From the NCBI GenBank assembly GCA_964016885.1, contig OZ024742.1, positions 217,992,001 to 218,056,000 of the forward strand: 64,000 nt of DNA. The letters are read 5' to 3'. The position numbers and the translations under genes are program-made. Below, one piece after another: positions 1-12,957 of this stretch; the stretch's first letter is position 1; each line of letters starts with the position of its first letter. The notes below the pieces were generated by a model. The model was not told the origin of the DNA and did no database searches. It saw only the letters and a list, made by a program, of their open reading frames with translations. Source of the DNA: Eledone cirrhosa. Lineage: Eukaryota.

Positions 1-680
1 CCAGTTATAATCTAGTCTTGATTCAATAGTTCTTAGACCAACTGCTTCTAATTTTCTACCCAGATAAAAGCCAGGCTTGAAATCTTTTTTTTATAATGAC
101 GTCTCGCAGTCTTCTATCCAGTTATAAGCTAATCTTGATTCAATAGTTCTTAGACCAACTGCTTCTAATTTTCTACCCAGATAAAAGCCAGTCTTGAAAT
201 CTTTTTTTTATAATGACGTCTCGCAGTCTTCTATCCAGTTATAAGCTAGTCTTGATTCAATAGTTCTTAGACCAACTGCTTCTAATTTTCTACCCAGATA
301 AAAGCCAGTCTTGAAATCTTTTTTTTATAATGACGTCTCGCAGTCTTCTATCCAGTTATAAGCTAGTCTTGATTCAATAGTTCTTAGACCAACTGCTTCT
401 AATTTTCTACCCAGATAAAAGCCAGTCTTGAAATCTTTTTTTTATAATGACGTCTCGCAGTCTTCTATCCAGTTATAAGCTAGTCTTGATTCAATAGTTC
501 TTAGACCAACTGCTTCTAATTTTCTACCCAGATAAAAGCCAGGCTTGAAATCTTTTTTTTATAATGACGTTTCGCAGTCTTCTATCCAGTTATAAGCTAG
601 TCTTGATTCAATAGTTCTTAGACCAACTGCTTCTAATTTTCTACCCAGATAAAAGCCAGTCTTGATTCAATATTCCTTAG
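1..680. repeat. 117-bp minisatellite, about 5.7 near-identical copies (runs off window start)
   Basis: Unit CCAGTTATAAGCTAGTCTTG...TCTTCTAT restarts at 1, 118, 235, 352, 469, 586; stop codons in all six frames. Confidence 0.95.
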
Positions 681-829
681 AACGACATCGTACTGTCTTT
701 TTTTGTAGATATAAATCAGATTTGATCAAATCTTTCTGAACAAAGTTACAAAATAGTGACAAAGGATCGATATCTATTACTCATCATTTTGCCTTACAAC
801 ATATATTGCAGTTGTCTCTTTTTCTGTAA

Positions 830-1531
830 TAGTAGAAGTAGTAGTAGTAGTAGTGGTGGTGGTGGTGGTAGTGGTAGTAGTAGTAGTAGTGGTGGTAGTG
901 GTAGTAGTATTAGTGGTAGTAGTGGTGGTGGTGGTGGTGGTAGTAGTAGTAGTACTAGTAAAAGTAGTGGCAGTAGTAGTAGTAGTGGTAGTAGTAGTAG
1001 TCGTCGTCGTCGTCGTCGTCGTAGTAGTAGTAGTAGTAGTCGTAGAAGTAGTAGTAGTAGTAGCAGTAGCAGCAGCAGCAGCAGTAGTAGTAATAGCAGT
1101 AGTAGTAGTAGTTGTAGTGGTAGGGTGTAGTTGCCGTAGTAGAAGAAGCAGTGGTGGTAGTAGTAGTATTGGTAGTAGTGGTGATGTAGTATTGACATTT
1201 GGCAGTATCAGTAGAGGGTTGGACGCCATGTTTTCCAGCATAGTTACGTCCCTTTACGGTCTGAGTTCAAATCCCGTCGAGGTTAACTTTGCCTTTCATC
1301 CTTACGGGGTCGATAAAATAAAGTACCAGTAATACGCTGGGTAATTGCTGACCTTGTGCCTAAAGTAGAAACAATTATTAGTAATTGCTGCTGTTTCGGT
1401 AGTTGTTGTGGTGTTTGTTATTTTTGTTTTAGTTGCTGCAGTTATTGTATTTGATGTAACTATTGTTGTTTTAGCTGTGGTGGTTGTTGCTGTTGTTGTA
1501 GTGACTGTTGTAGTAGTAGTAGTAGTAGGAA

Positions 1532-1586
<55 letters not shown>

Positions 1587-1746
1587 GGTGGTGGTGGTGG
1601 TGGTGGTGGTAGTAGTAGTAATAATAGTAGTAGTAGTGGTGGGGTGATGGTAGTAGTAGTAGGAATAGTAGTAGTAGCAGCAGTAGTAGTAGTTGTGGTA
1701 GTGGTGGTTGTGGTGGTAGTAGTAGTAGTAATAATAGTAGTAGTAC

Positions 1747-1803
<57 letters not shown>

Positions 1804-1915
1804 GGTGGTAGTAGTAGTAATAATAGTAGTTGTAGTAGTAGTGGTGGTGGTAATAGTAGTTGTGGTAGTAGTAGTAGTAGTAGTAGTAGTCGTAGTGGTA
1901 GTGTTAATAGTTGTG

Positions 1916-1967
<52 letters not shown>

Positions 1968-2140
1968 AAGTAGTAATATTAGTAGTAGTAGTAGTAGTAG
2001 TAGAAGTAGTAATATTAGTAGCAGTAGCAGTAGTAGTAGTAGCAGTAGTAGTAGTGGTAGTGTTAATAGTTGTGGTAGTAGTAGCAGTAGTAGTAGTAGT
2101 TGTAGCAGCAGTGGTGGTGGTACTAGTTGTAGACGTTGTC
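830..2140. repeat. (GTA)n/(GTG)n/(GTT)n trinucleotide microsatellite field interrupted by a SINE
   Basis: Direct reading; source of the poly-S/V/T/L ORFs. Confidence 0.95.
1199..1380 (+). mobile_element. tRNA-derived SINE, family A
   Basis: A-box-like TGGCAGTATC, B-box GAGTTCAAATCCC, core GCCTTTCATCCTTACGGGGTCGATAAAATAAAGTACCAG, AT-rich tail; many copies in window. Confidence 0.9.
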
Positions 2141-2204
2141 GTGTAAGTGGGATTTGGTTGTCAAAAACTGTTTGGAAGTCTGTCGGATGGATTGTACATG
2201 TAAT

Positions 2205-2360
2205 TCAGAAAGGCCAGTTTTATCACACACAGTAACTTGCTGACTCTCCCTGAGAATTACACGTGTCTGTGGAATGTTGAATCACTTATACGTTAATTTC
2301 ACGAGCAGGATGTACCTGTTGATCGAACTACTGGAAAATTCATTTTCAAAACCGATAGAG
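2205..2360 (+). mobile_element. SINE family B, 3' fragment
   Basis: ACACGTGTCTGTGGAATG...CGTTAATTTCACGAGCAG matches reverse complement of 41261-41400. Confidence 0.7.
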
Positions 2361-2653
2361 GCCCATCAAGTTGTTATTGTAGCTGTCACTTTTGTTGTTG
2401 TTATTACTGCTGTTGTAGCTGTCGCTTTTGTTGTAGTTGTTGCTGCTATTGTTATTGCTGTAGTTGTTATTCTGTTAACTCAGATGTTCTCAAAGTGGCG
2501 TTCTCTTACCCCCCCCCCCCCCCGGGGGGGGGGGGGGGGCAATGAGAAGGTCAAGTGGGCGCTGGGGTCTAAGGAGGTAGTGGTGGTGGGGCTTTAGATA
2601 TGATATAATAGTATATTAGATATCAAATGATACATATATATAAATATAGTTAG

Positions 2654-2870
2654 GGAGGTGGATTGGCAGTATCGGTAGAGAGTCGGACACCATGCTTTGC
2701 AGCAAAGAGTTACGGTCCTTTACGGTCTGAGTTCAAATCCCACCGAGGTTAATTTTGCCTTTCATCCTTACGGGGTCGATAAAATAAAGTACCTGTAACG
2801 TACTGGGGTTGATTTAATCGACCCCCCCTCCCTCCAATTACTGGCCTCGTGTCTATACTAGAAATCAATA
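2654..2870 (+). mobile_element. tRNA-derived SINE, family A
   Basis: Same A/B boxes and core as 1199-1380. Confidence 0.9.
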
Positions 2871-3589
2871 CATATAAATATAGTAAAATAAAAAATATAT
2901 AATATTTATTTATATATAGTATATTATTTACAATTTGTGTGTAGGCAAATAGGGTTGGGGACGCTGTGTTAACTGGTTAGTGCTGTTATATTCGTCATAT
3001 ATATCTTATCTTCCATATTCCTATTCCTCGTTTTATTACCACTGTCCAACTAATGTTTATATTCAACGACTCAACGACTCCTCTACCACAACCTATCCCA
3101 TAATTCACTAGAATAGAATGTATTTCACCGAGGAAGTCTGATAAGATTCAAACTGGTTGGATTTAAAGACCAATTCCACTTCCAATACATTTTCTATATT
3201 TTCCAAAATTTCATAGCATTCATTATATAGGGGTTATCTCCCTTGCTTGTTTTTAGATTTTTTTTAACACTCCAAGAAGATTTTGTCTACAAATTGCATA
3301 TATAATGTCAGTTAATGGAAGTCTTTTAAATCATCATGTTACATATTACTGACCTCTATCTTCTTCTTCTTCTTCTTCTTCTTCTTCTTCTTTCTTTCTT
3401 TCTTTCTTTCTTTCCTTCTTTTTCTCTCTTTTTCTTTGTCTACTTTTCTTCTTTCCTTCCTTCCATCGAGCCTTTTACTTTCACTTTACCCTCCCCTCCC
3501 CTCCCTTCTATTCTTCCTTTTACTTCTCTTCAATCCCCTTCACTCTATATTATATAAAATCTCATACACTTTCTTTGTCTAATTCCTAC

Positions 3590-3745
3590 TTCATTTGACC
3601 GCTCTCTCTCTATTTGACCCCTCTCTCTATTTGACCCCTCTCTCTATTTGACCCCTCTCTCTATTTGACCGCTCTCTGTTTGACCGCTCTCTCTCTATTT
3701 GACCCCTCTCTCTATTTGATCTCTCTCTATATATTTGATCCCTCT
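3590..3745. repeat. Short minisatellite (CTCTCTCTATTTGACC variants)
   Basis: About 8 imperfect 17-21 bp units. Confidence 0.8.
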
Positions 3746-3760
3746 CTATCTATCTATATA

Positions 3761-3949
3761 ACAAAGAAGGTGTGGTAAGATACCAGGTGGACCATAACCT
3801 CCAGAGTACTCGATACTTAGGGTTGTAGAGTGGGTAATAGGAAAAGAGTCAGGACCCCGACGGCTGAGCTCCGGACGTTTTGACAGCTAGATCCGAACTG
3901 TTCGGATCTAGCTGTCGAAACGGTCGGAGCTCAGCCATCGGGGTCCTGA

Positions 3950-3950
<1 letters not shown>
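3761..3950 (-). mobile_element. Fold-back PLE-tail element, family P1 (diverged subfamily)
   Basis: Shared tail GTGTGGTAAG..CCAGGTGGACCATAAC..GAGTGGGTAATAGG; 50-bp inverted arms 3849-3898/3900-3949. Confidence 0.8.
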
Positions 3951-4012
<62 letters not shown>

Positions 4013-4013
4013 G

Positions 4014-4068
<55 letters not shown>

Positions 4069-4825
4069 GATCTATATATCTACCTACCTATCTGTTTTCT
4101 TCCCCTACACTTCATTCTCTTATTTCCCCTCAAGCTCACCCCCCCCCCCCCACCTCTATTTCACTAACATGATCACTTTACCTTTTCTCCCTCTCTCTCT
4201 CTTGATATCACTGATACCTCACTTTTCCTTCTCCTCGCCCCTCTCCCCTTTCCCTCTCCTATCACTTCTAATTTCTAGCTCCTCCTCCACCTACTGCACT
4301 CATTTTCCCTCGCTTTCTCTCCCCAATAGCTTCTTCCTCTCCTCTTCCTCTCCCTTCCTTTACAGCTTTCCCCCTTTCGCTCAATCTTTCTCTCCCTTTC
4401 TGTTGAACTAATTCCCCATCCTCCTTCGTCCTTCCTCTAACTTAACTTATTGCCCTCCTCCTCCTCTTCATAATTCCCTCTCTCTCTATCGCCATATAAC
4501 TCATCCCACCCCTATCTCTCGCTCTCTCTCCACTACAGCTGTCCATTTTGTGTACATACAACGCCAACAAAAAAACGCTGTGAACTCCAGGTGTTTTGTG
4601 CGATTGCAAATTAAATAAGATAGAGGCATATTGAGTAAGCCCCCGGTAGATCGGGGTGGGACAAGGGCGAGAGGCCAACTCTGTGTGTAGGACAGAAGAA
4701 GAAGCTAACTGTATGGCGAGGGAAGAATTGAATTGTGATGATAATGGTGGCTAAGATGGTGGTAATGGTGATGGAGAAGGCTGAGGTAGTAGTCGTGTTG
4801 ATAGTGGTAGAAGTAGTGGTCGTAG

Positions 4826-6090
4826 TGGTGGTAGTAGTGGTGGTAGTGGTGCTAGTTGTGGTGTAGATAGTGGTGGAGGTGGTGGTGGTGGTGGTCGTCG
4901 TCTAGTGATGGTAGTAGTGGTGGTAGCAGTGGTAGTTGTGGTGTAGATAGTGGTGGAGGTGGTGGTGGTGGTCGTCGTCTAGTGATGGTAGTAGTGGTGG
5001 TAGCAGTGGTAGTTGTGGTGTAGATAGTGGTGGAGGTGGTGGTGGTGGTCGTCGTCTAGTGATGGTAGTAGTGGTGGTAGCAGTGGTAGTTGTGGTGTAG
5101 ATAGTGGTGGAGGTGGTGGTGGTGGTCGTCGTCTAGTGATGGTAGTAGTGGTGGTAGCAGTGGTAGTTGTGGTGTAGATAGTGGTGGAGGTGGTGGTGGT
5201 GGTCGTCGTCTAGTGATGGTAGTAGTGGTGGTAGCAGTGGTAGTTGTGGTGTAGATAGTGGTGGAGGTGGTGGTGGTGGTCGTCGTCTAGTGATGGTAGT
5301 AGTGGTGGTAGCAGTGGTAGTTGTGGTGTAGATAGTGGTGGAGGTGGTGGTGGTGGTCGTCGTCTAGTGATGGTAGTAGTGGTGGTAGCAGTGGTAGTTG
5401 TGGTGTAGATAGTGGTGGAGGTGGTGGTGGTGGTCGTCGTCTAGTGATGGTAGTAGTGGTGGTAGCAGTGGTAGTTGTGGTGTAGATAGTGGTGGAGGTG
5501 GTGGTGGTGGTCGTCGTCTAGTGATGGTAGTAGTGGTGGTAGCAGTGGTAGTTGTGGTGTAGATAGTGGTGGAGGTGGTGGTGGTGGTCGTCGTCTAGTG
5601 ATGGTAGTAGTGGTGGTAGCAGTGGTAGTTGTGGTGTAGATAGTGGTGGAGGTGGTGGTGGTGGTCGTCGTCTAGTGATGGTAGTAGTGGTGGTAGCAGT
5701 GCTAGTTGTGGTGTAGATAGTGGTGGAGGTGGTGGTGGTGGTGGTCGTCTAGTGATGGTAGTAGTGGTGGTAGTAGTGGTGGTAGTTGTAGTTAGATAGT
5801 GGTGGAGGTGGTGGTGGCGGTCGTCGTCGTCTTCGTGATGGTAGTGGTGGTGGTAGTAGTGGTGGTAGTTGTGGTTAGATAGTGGTGGAGGTAGTGGTGG
5901 TAGTGGTCGTCGTCTTCGTGATGGTAGTAGTGGTGGTAGTAGTGGTGGTAGTTGTGGTTAGATAGTGGTGGAGGTGGTCGTCGTCGTCTAGTGATGGTAG
6001 TAGTGGTGGTAGCAGTGGTAGTTGTGGTGTAGATAGTGGTGGAGGTGGTGGTGGTGGTGGTCGTCGTCTTCGTGATGGTAGTAGTGGTGG
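4826..6090. repeat. 77-bp G/T-rich minisatellite, about 15 copies
   Basis: Unit TAGTGATGGTAG...GGTCGTCGTC restarts at 4980, 5057, 5134 etc.; degenerates at both ends. Confidence 0.95.
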
Positions 6091-6586
6091 TAGTTGTGAG
6101 GTGGAGGTGGTGTTGAATGTGGTGGTGGTGGTGGTGGTGATATTGATAGTAGTGGTGGTGGTGGAATTGGTCGTGGCGGTGTTGATGGTCGTAGGAGCGG
6201 AAATGGTTGAGGGGGGATTGTGATGGTTATAGTGGTGGTAGTGGTGGTAGTGGTGGTAGTGGTGGTAGTGGTGTTGTTAATGGTAGTGGCATTGATGGTT
6301 GCGATAGTGTTGATAGTTATGGTGGTAGTGGTAGTGATAATGGTGACAAGACAGTGGTATAGTTGATGGTGATAGTGGTGTGTGTAGAGGGGTGGGGAGT
6401 CAAAGTAACAACAACAAGAAAAAGCAAAGCAGCTTCTGTCTGTGGTCGTTATTTAAGAAACAAAACAACAACAAAAACAGTGATCGGCACTGGAGACAGT
6501 GTGTCATTGTGGCACTAAGGAGCATATGGAGCTGTGTGAGTCTTGCCCCTCGCCCCATCCAGCTTAACGTTGACTGCCGCACTCAC

Positions 6587-6598
6587 CTGAACATACGC
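6587..6598 (-). other. Candidate 12-nt microexon (or recursive splice site) of an unidentified host gene
   Basis: Minus strand: TTTTTCGTGTGTTTCTTTTGTTTTCAAG|GCGTATGTTCAG|GTGAGT; no AG for about 340 nt upstream. Confidence 0.5.
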
Positions 6599-7228
6599 CT
6601 TGAAAACAAAAGAAACACACGAAAAAGCCGAAACATAAAAATATATAAATAAATAAATGGATAAATAAATTGATTATTATGATGACATACACACATGCAC
6701 AAACACACGCACACACACGCACACACACAGGCGCACGCACATAAAAATAAATATAAAGAAACATGCACAAACACACGCACAAACACACAGGCGCACGCAC
6801 ATAAAAAAACACACACGTAAAAACACACACATACAAACATGCACAAACACCCACGCACGTACACATATGCACACACACACGCGCATACAAATAAATGACC
6901 AATTAAATAGTGGGTTACAACACAAAACAAAGAGAGAAACTTCAACGTTCGATCAACTGAATGTCCGATTCACTATTTAACGTGTAATTTGTTGAGTATT
7001 CCCGACATATTTACGCTCCACACAAAGTTCGTAGTTCAAATTGGTTTACAGATATAATCCTCACACAGTTTCCCGCGTAAATGGGATCGAAATCTGGCTC
7101 CTTATGATTGAGAAATGAACTTATTTACCACTTTGTCATGCCTGCGTCTACAAAATAATTAATTCATAAATTAAATAATTAGCGAATTTACCATTGTTGT
7201 TTTTTGTTATTCTTAATGTCATTCAAAT

Positions 7229-7377
7229 GGCGGCAAATTGGCACAGTCGTTAGAACGTCGGATAAAATGCTTTCCTGTATTCGTTCCGGTTCTCTGTGGT
7301 CTGGGTTTAAATCCCACCGAGGTCAACTTTGTCTTTCGAGGTCGATAAAAAGTACCAATCCAGTACTGGGGTCGATC
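7229..7377 (+). mobile_element. Diverged SINE family A copy
   Basis: GGCGG..TTGGCA..., GTTTAAATCCCACCGAGGTCAACTTTG, GGTCGATAAAAAGTACC. Confidence 0.7.
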
Positions 7378-10300
7378 CTTTCTCTATATCTCTTTCTCAC
7401 TCTCTATCCTTCTCTTGAAGAAATCTTCTGTGTTACCTGGAGAGGAGATGGGCTCTGCCAGGTTTAAACAAAAAATGCCCGTATTTCACTACGACACCCC
7501 TACGTCAATTTTGCCTTCCATCTTTTTGGGTTCGATAAGATAAAGTACCAGGGGATTGGCTGAATTATTAGAACATCTGATGAGATACATTGCCGTTTTT
7601 ATTCTGGTATTTTGTCTTATGAGCTCGAATCCTGCTGAAGTCTACTTGTATGTTAGATTTAATTGGTCACCGAATTTAACACCAGCACCTCACTCTTAGA
7701 TGCCTTTGGGAGATTCCCCTCTCTTGCAAGCTTTCAGGTCAGGTCCCCTGTTTGAGGCTACCTAGCCATGAAAAGAATCTTAGGCACTGCTCTTCTTCCC
7801 TTGACTAAACAGTGAAAAAAGCAACAACAAAACAGATTCACAGTAACCACAAAACTCACCATCGTAAACCATAGATTGTATCCCTCAATCCAGACAACAT
7901 AGAAAACATAACACACACAAGTATCTGCACAATCAGCCTCTAAACACTGTGCTCAGATGTACATAAACATTGGTAAGTGCAGAGAAACAGCAATTCACCC
8001 ACCTGGCCCGAAGTCATGATCCGAATCGACAAACATCCAGAAACAGATTGGACAAGGGACAAAATAAAATGTGTCCAATCTACAAAACGGTGCCTCATAC
8101 GATTACCTAGAGCATGTTGGATTGTAGTGTATGGTTGTCAGTTGAGCGGAGACATGTTTTATATGAAACAACAGATCTGTGAATAACACCTAATAATTCA
8201 AAGTGCTCCATTAAAGCATACCTGTCCACTCTAATTACAGGCTAATTTTGACCCCCCCCCCCCCTAATCCGTGTATCAAATTTCAGAAAGATATTTAAAG
8301 TTTCAGGTTTGGGGTAGGAAGAAAAGAAAACCCTCTCTATATCACACGTGGAAATCCACGGACATCTTAAGGACTTTACTTCTTCAACAGAAGCAACAAC
8401 AATTACAAAGTTAATTCTTAAAGCGATTGCCAACACCACATAATTGATATGAAGACAAGAAGTAACCATTATTGCCATTGGCACAGCTGGTGGAGGAGAA
8501 CAAACTTCACCACAGTAGCGGCAGCATCACTACAACCAACAATACCAATACCAATACTGAAACTACTAATAGCACCATCACTCACCATCAACATAACCAC
8601 CAAGAACCACAACGCTATCGTTATCACCGCCACCACCACGACAAACGACGAAAACAAAACCATCAAAACCATAACGTATACCAATACAATAAACGTTAGC
8701 ACCGCTCCCACCTTCACCAACAAAACTCTCCCTACTGCACTTTAGTTTACTTTTGGATATCTCCCCTCAGCTCGCTCCGATATCCTGTTGTGTCACATAG
8801 TTACGATAGAAGGTTATAATGATTGTCAGACGCTGAGAAGTGGTATCGCTAATGAAAACGAATTGCTCTCATTCCCCAAGGAGCGAGAGTTAGACAATTC
8901 GGAGAAGGTAGAACTACAACAACAGTAACAAGGGTCCTTAATACACAGATGTCTGAACAGATAAGGTAAAGTTAAGAGAGGAGATGGATGTATAAGTGGA
9001 ATGGGAGGAAATCAAGAAGAGTTTTCTCAATTTGTTTAATCGCTCGGTCAGGGAAGGGCGGAGCATCCATGGCCGTTTTAAACATATTTTTAGGGCCTCT
9101 GAGACTAGTGGAGAGAAAAGGATGGGGGAATATATTTTCAAAACTCGAGACCGAGCCCGAATGCTTAAAACCGAGTAAACTCCGTGTTCAAAGTTTCTTT
9201 CTAGCTCACAAAGTTTCACTCTGGTAAAGCTATTTTTGTTAAAGTGTGCATTGTGCAAATGTGCTCGTTTGTGTTTTTCTGGGTATTTTCCGAAGTGTGA
9301 ATGTCTAACTGTCTAAATTTCATCAGTTTTTTTTTCTTTGTACACCTTTGCGGTTAGTACCCCTTACCGCTATCCTAAGCGAAGAAGAAAGTAAACGAAT
9401 GGTTATCAAATATAATATATCAAAATGTCAAAAAGCAATAATGTATTTTCTCCACCCAAGATAAACAGATTGGACAATCAAGAGTTCCAAAACCTAAATA
9501 TCCACACGCACACACATACACATACACACATACACACACACCCCTATACCTTCCCACTCCCCACCCATACACAAAGAATTTTACAAGATGTAATAAATTT
9601 CCAGATCCAACGGGAGACTCTTTAGACTTGTCTATATATGGCAAACAACAACAACAACGTTAACAATAATAACAACAGTAACAGTAACAACAAGAACAAC
9701 GACAACAATAATAATAATGCAACAACAATAATAACAACAACAGTACCAACAACAATAACAGTAACAACAACAGTAACAACAACAACAATAAAGACAACAA
9801 CGAAAACAAAACAACAATAGTACAGTGTTCATCTAAATAAATTAGGTTTATCAAGTTAGTGCCAATACTCCAGAGAAATTACATAAATATGCGTGGAGTA
9901 ATATTTAGATTTATAACAGGTCTCTGTGGAATAGTATTTTGATTTACTACACGTCTTTCGTTGACATTATGAAACCATTAATGGAAATGCGATCTTACAA
10001 GAAATAATGAAAATATGTATTCTGTCCTGCTCGATACATCAAAGAAAATATTTCAATTTATATAGCTTTTAAATACCATATTTATGAAGTATAGTATTAC
10101 GTAATCTTCTTGACAATAATTCTGTTGTTGTTGTTTAGCTCTAGGTCGCACCTGACCGAACTGACCTTCCAGTTGTATGTTTTAGTATTTCTGGTATTAT
10201 TTAACATTTTGATGGTAACTTACCGACTGTTTTTAGCAAGTTAAGCGACCGCATAGAGGCTTCCTTTGTAGGTCTACAGTCTATGAGTATGTGATATGTT

Positions 10301-10466
10301 TGTCTCTCTGTATGTCTGTATGTCTGTATGTCTGTATGCCTGTATGTATGTATGTATTTATGTATGTATGTGTTCGTGTACGTGTGTGTGTGTGGGTGTT
10401 TATGTGTGTGTGTGTGTGTGTGTGTGTGCATGTGTGTATGTATGTGTGTGCGCGCGTGTGTGTGTG

Positions 10467-11460
10467 CAGGGGCGCTAAAAGCATTTCTGAATGGGGGGGG
10501 GGGGCAAATTCGGTCAATTTAGTTGTAGTGATTGATTAGTCAGAAAACTTCGATATGCCATAAACATAAAAAAATTTACATAAATTGTAACGCATATCCA
10601 ACTAGATGTCTGTTTTGGTAGTTTGGGGAGAAACTACCAAAACACACACTACTACTCGGAACTCTCTTCCAATATACCTCTCTATATCAATTAATACCAA
10701 ACTCTCCCACTCTCTCTATCTACTACAGTGAACTCTCTTCCAATTCCCCTCTCTAAATTAATTAATTGTTTCTACTTTAGGCACAAGGCCAGCAATTACC
10801 CAGTTCATTACTGGTACTTTATTTTATCGACCCCGTAAGGATGAAAGGCAAAGTGAACCTCGGCGGGATTTGAACTCAGATCGTAAAGAGACGTAACTAT
10901 GCTGGAAAGCATGGCGTCCGACCCTCTACCGATACTGCCAATCCACCGCCTCTCTAAATTAATTAATGCCAAACTTTCCACATTTCTAGATCTAATATAC
11001 AACACACTCCTAGCCCCCTTCTATATATGAATTACCACCAAACTATCCTCCTCTCTATATCTACCATTCAACACTCTCTTTCATTCCCTTTCAGTCTATC
11101 CATCACTACCAAACTCTCCCCCTCTTTATATCTATCAATACCTATCTCTATCAATCCTCTCACTCTACTTATATTACCACCAAACTCCCCCTCTCTCTAT
11201 ATCTACTACACGGAACTCTCTTCCAATCCCCCACTCTATATCAACAATAAAACTCTTCCCCTCTCTATATCTAATATACAATACACACTCCCAACCTTCC
11301 TTTCTATATCAATTAACAACAAACTCTCCTTATCTCTATATCTACTACACGGAACTCTTTCCCAACCACTCTTTCTATATCAATTACCGCCAAAGTATCC
11401 CCCTCTCTATATCTACTTTACAACACTCTCTCTCAATCCATCTCACTCTATCCATTTGCT
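10467..11460 (+). mobile_element. Unclassified interspersed repeat with internal CTCTCTATATC-type minisatellite (MITE/Helentron-like)
   Basis: 10467-10635 matches reverse complement of 55050-55250; minisatellite body matches 54530-55045. Confidence 0.6.
10767..10950 (-). mobile_element. Full-length SINE family A with 17-bp target-site duplication
   Basis: TSD TCTCTAAATTAATTAAT at 10750-10766 and 10951-10967; 5' end GGCGGTGGATTGGCAG. Confidence 0.95.
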
Positions 11461-12957
11461 CCAACGTGAGGCTAACGAAATTTACCGTTATTTTGAAGTC
11501 TTATCAATTGACGAAGCGCAACACATTTTTACCAGCAGAGTGAGCTGAAGCAACGCGATGCCGGGAATCGAACTCACGATGGTAATATATTAAAACAAAA
11601 ACAGTAACCACTAAGCCATGCATCTAACATATTTATGCACATTTAAAAGAAAGGTAGCTATAACATTAAGTCTAGTTGGTTTGAGTGTGTGCCTGTGATT
11701 AAGTAGTTAGCTACACAACTACTAAATGTTTAATCTCATGATGGGGCACCTTGTGCAACTGTTTTCTATCATAGTCTTGGGTCGACCAAAATTTTATTAG
11801 TGAAATTTAGTGGCCAGAAAATGTTGGGGCATATCAGAGTAATAATTCCTATTCTTGGGTAGTAGACGTAAATTGTCGCCCAGTTTAACACCCTAACCTG
11901 GCCTTTGGGGATGTAAGTGCGTGTTTGGGGGATGTAAGCATTCAGACAAGGCGTCCAACCATAGAATAACCTTCTCTCTTCTTTCCATCAGTTTTAGAGG
12001 CTCTCGCTGTCATTTAAACAAACGTTACTTCTACGTTGTACATTCATATTTTTATGATTGATATACTATTCACTATTGATATACTATTCACTATTGATAT
12101 ACTATTCACAGGTTATACTCAGGTAGTTAATGGTATATCAATTTTATTAAATCTCTGTTATAGAACCTTTAGGATTAAGATGATAGTTAGTGATGCCAGG
12201 TGACTGTATAAAGAAGTAAGAGAGCAGTTTAAAGACGGATGTTTTCTATTTTAAAATTTCCTCTTTTACATAGTTTCGTGAATAAAGAAACGCACCATCG
12301 TGGAAAAGAGTTCAATTACTCACGTGAGTTTGGAGAAGCCAACTGAAAAACCACGCCAAAGAAGCCATTTTAATTTATTCTTTTATTGAATTAGAACTAC
12401 AGCAAGTCCAATGAGCGAATGTGACTATTTTTACTGTTTGAACAGGTAGATAAGGCACAACACTTTTCAGGGCCTACGAGAGTTGTTGGAAGGAGAGAGG
12501 AAGGTATCCTTAAATCAAAGACCTTGTCCAAATGCATAGAACAGAGTGGATCCCGTTGAAGACACATATGTGCCAGATAGTGGTATTAAAACCGGGCGAC
12601 GGATTAAATATGCCACCCAAGTAATTCACTACAGAATCTTAACTTAAAACGCAAAGAACCGAACAATTACCGCGAAGGATCTCGTCCAACGCTCTAACAA
12701 TTTTGCCAATCCACTCATGTGAGCTGCTATTTTATTCTATTGACCTTGAGAGCATAAAAGGCAAAGTTGTCTTTAGTGCGATTTGAACTTAGAACATTTG
12801 AAATCCGAATGCCTTAACAAACACCCTAATGACACTTCTAATTCGCTGACTACAAGATTAAAAATGCAAAAGATAGTAAACTCTGGGTATGTAAATACAA
12901 AATCATAGCTGCAAGGATTAACATTTAAGCATTTAAGCTCAGAGATTTGAAGCATCA

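Noticed and set aside
1-680. 117-bp (39-codon) repeat as a coding repeat or CRISPR array
   Set aside because: Stops in all six frames; no variable spacers; eukaryotic context
8740-9400. Possible decayed LINE 3' end
   Set aside because: No diagnostic motif; ORFs short and uninformative
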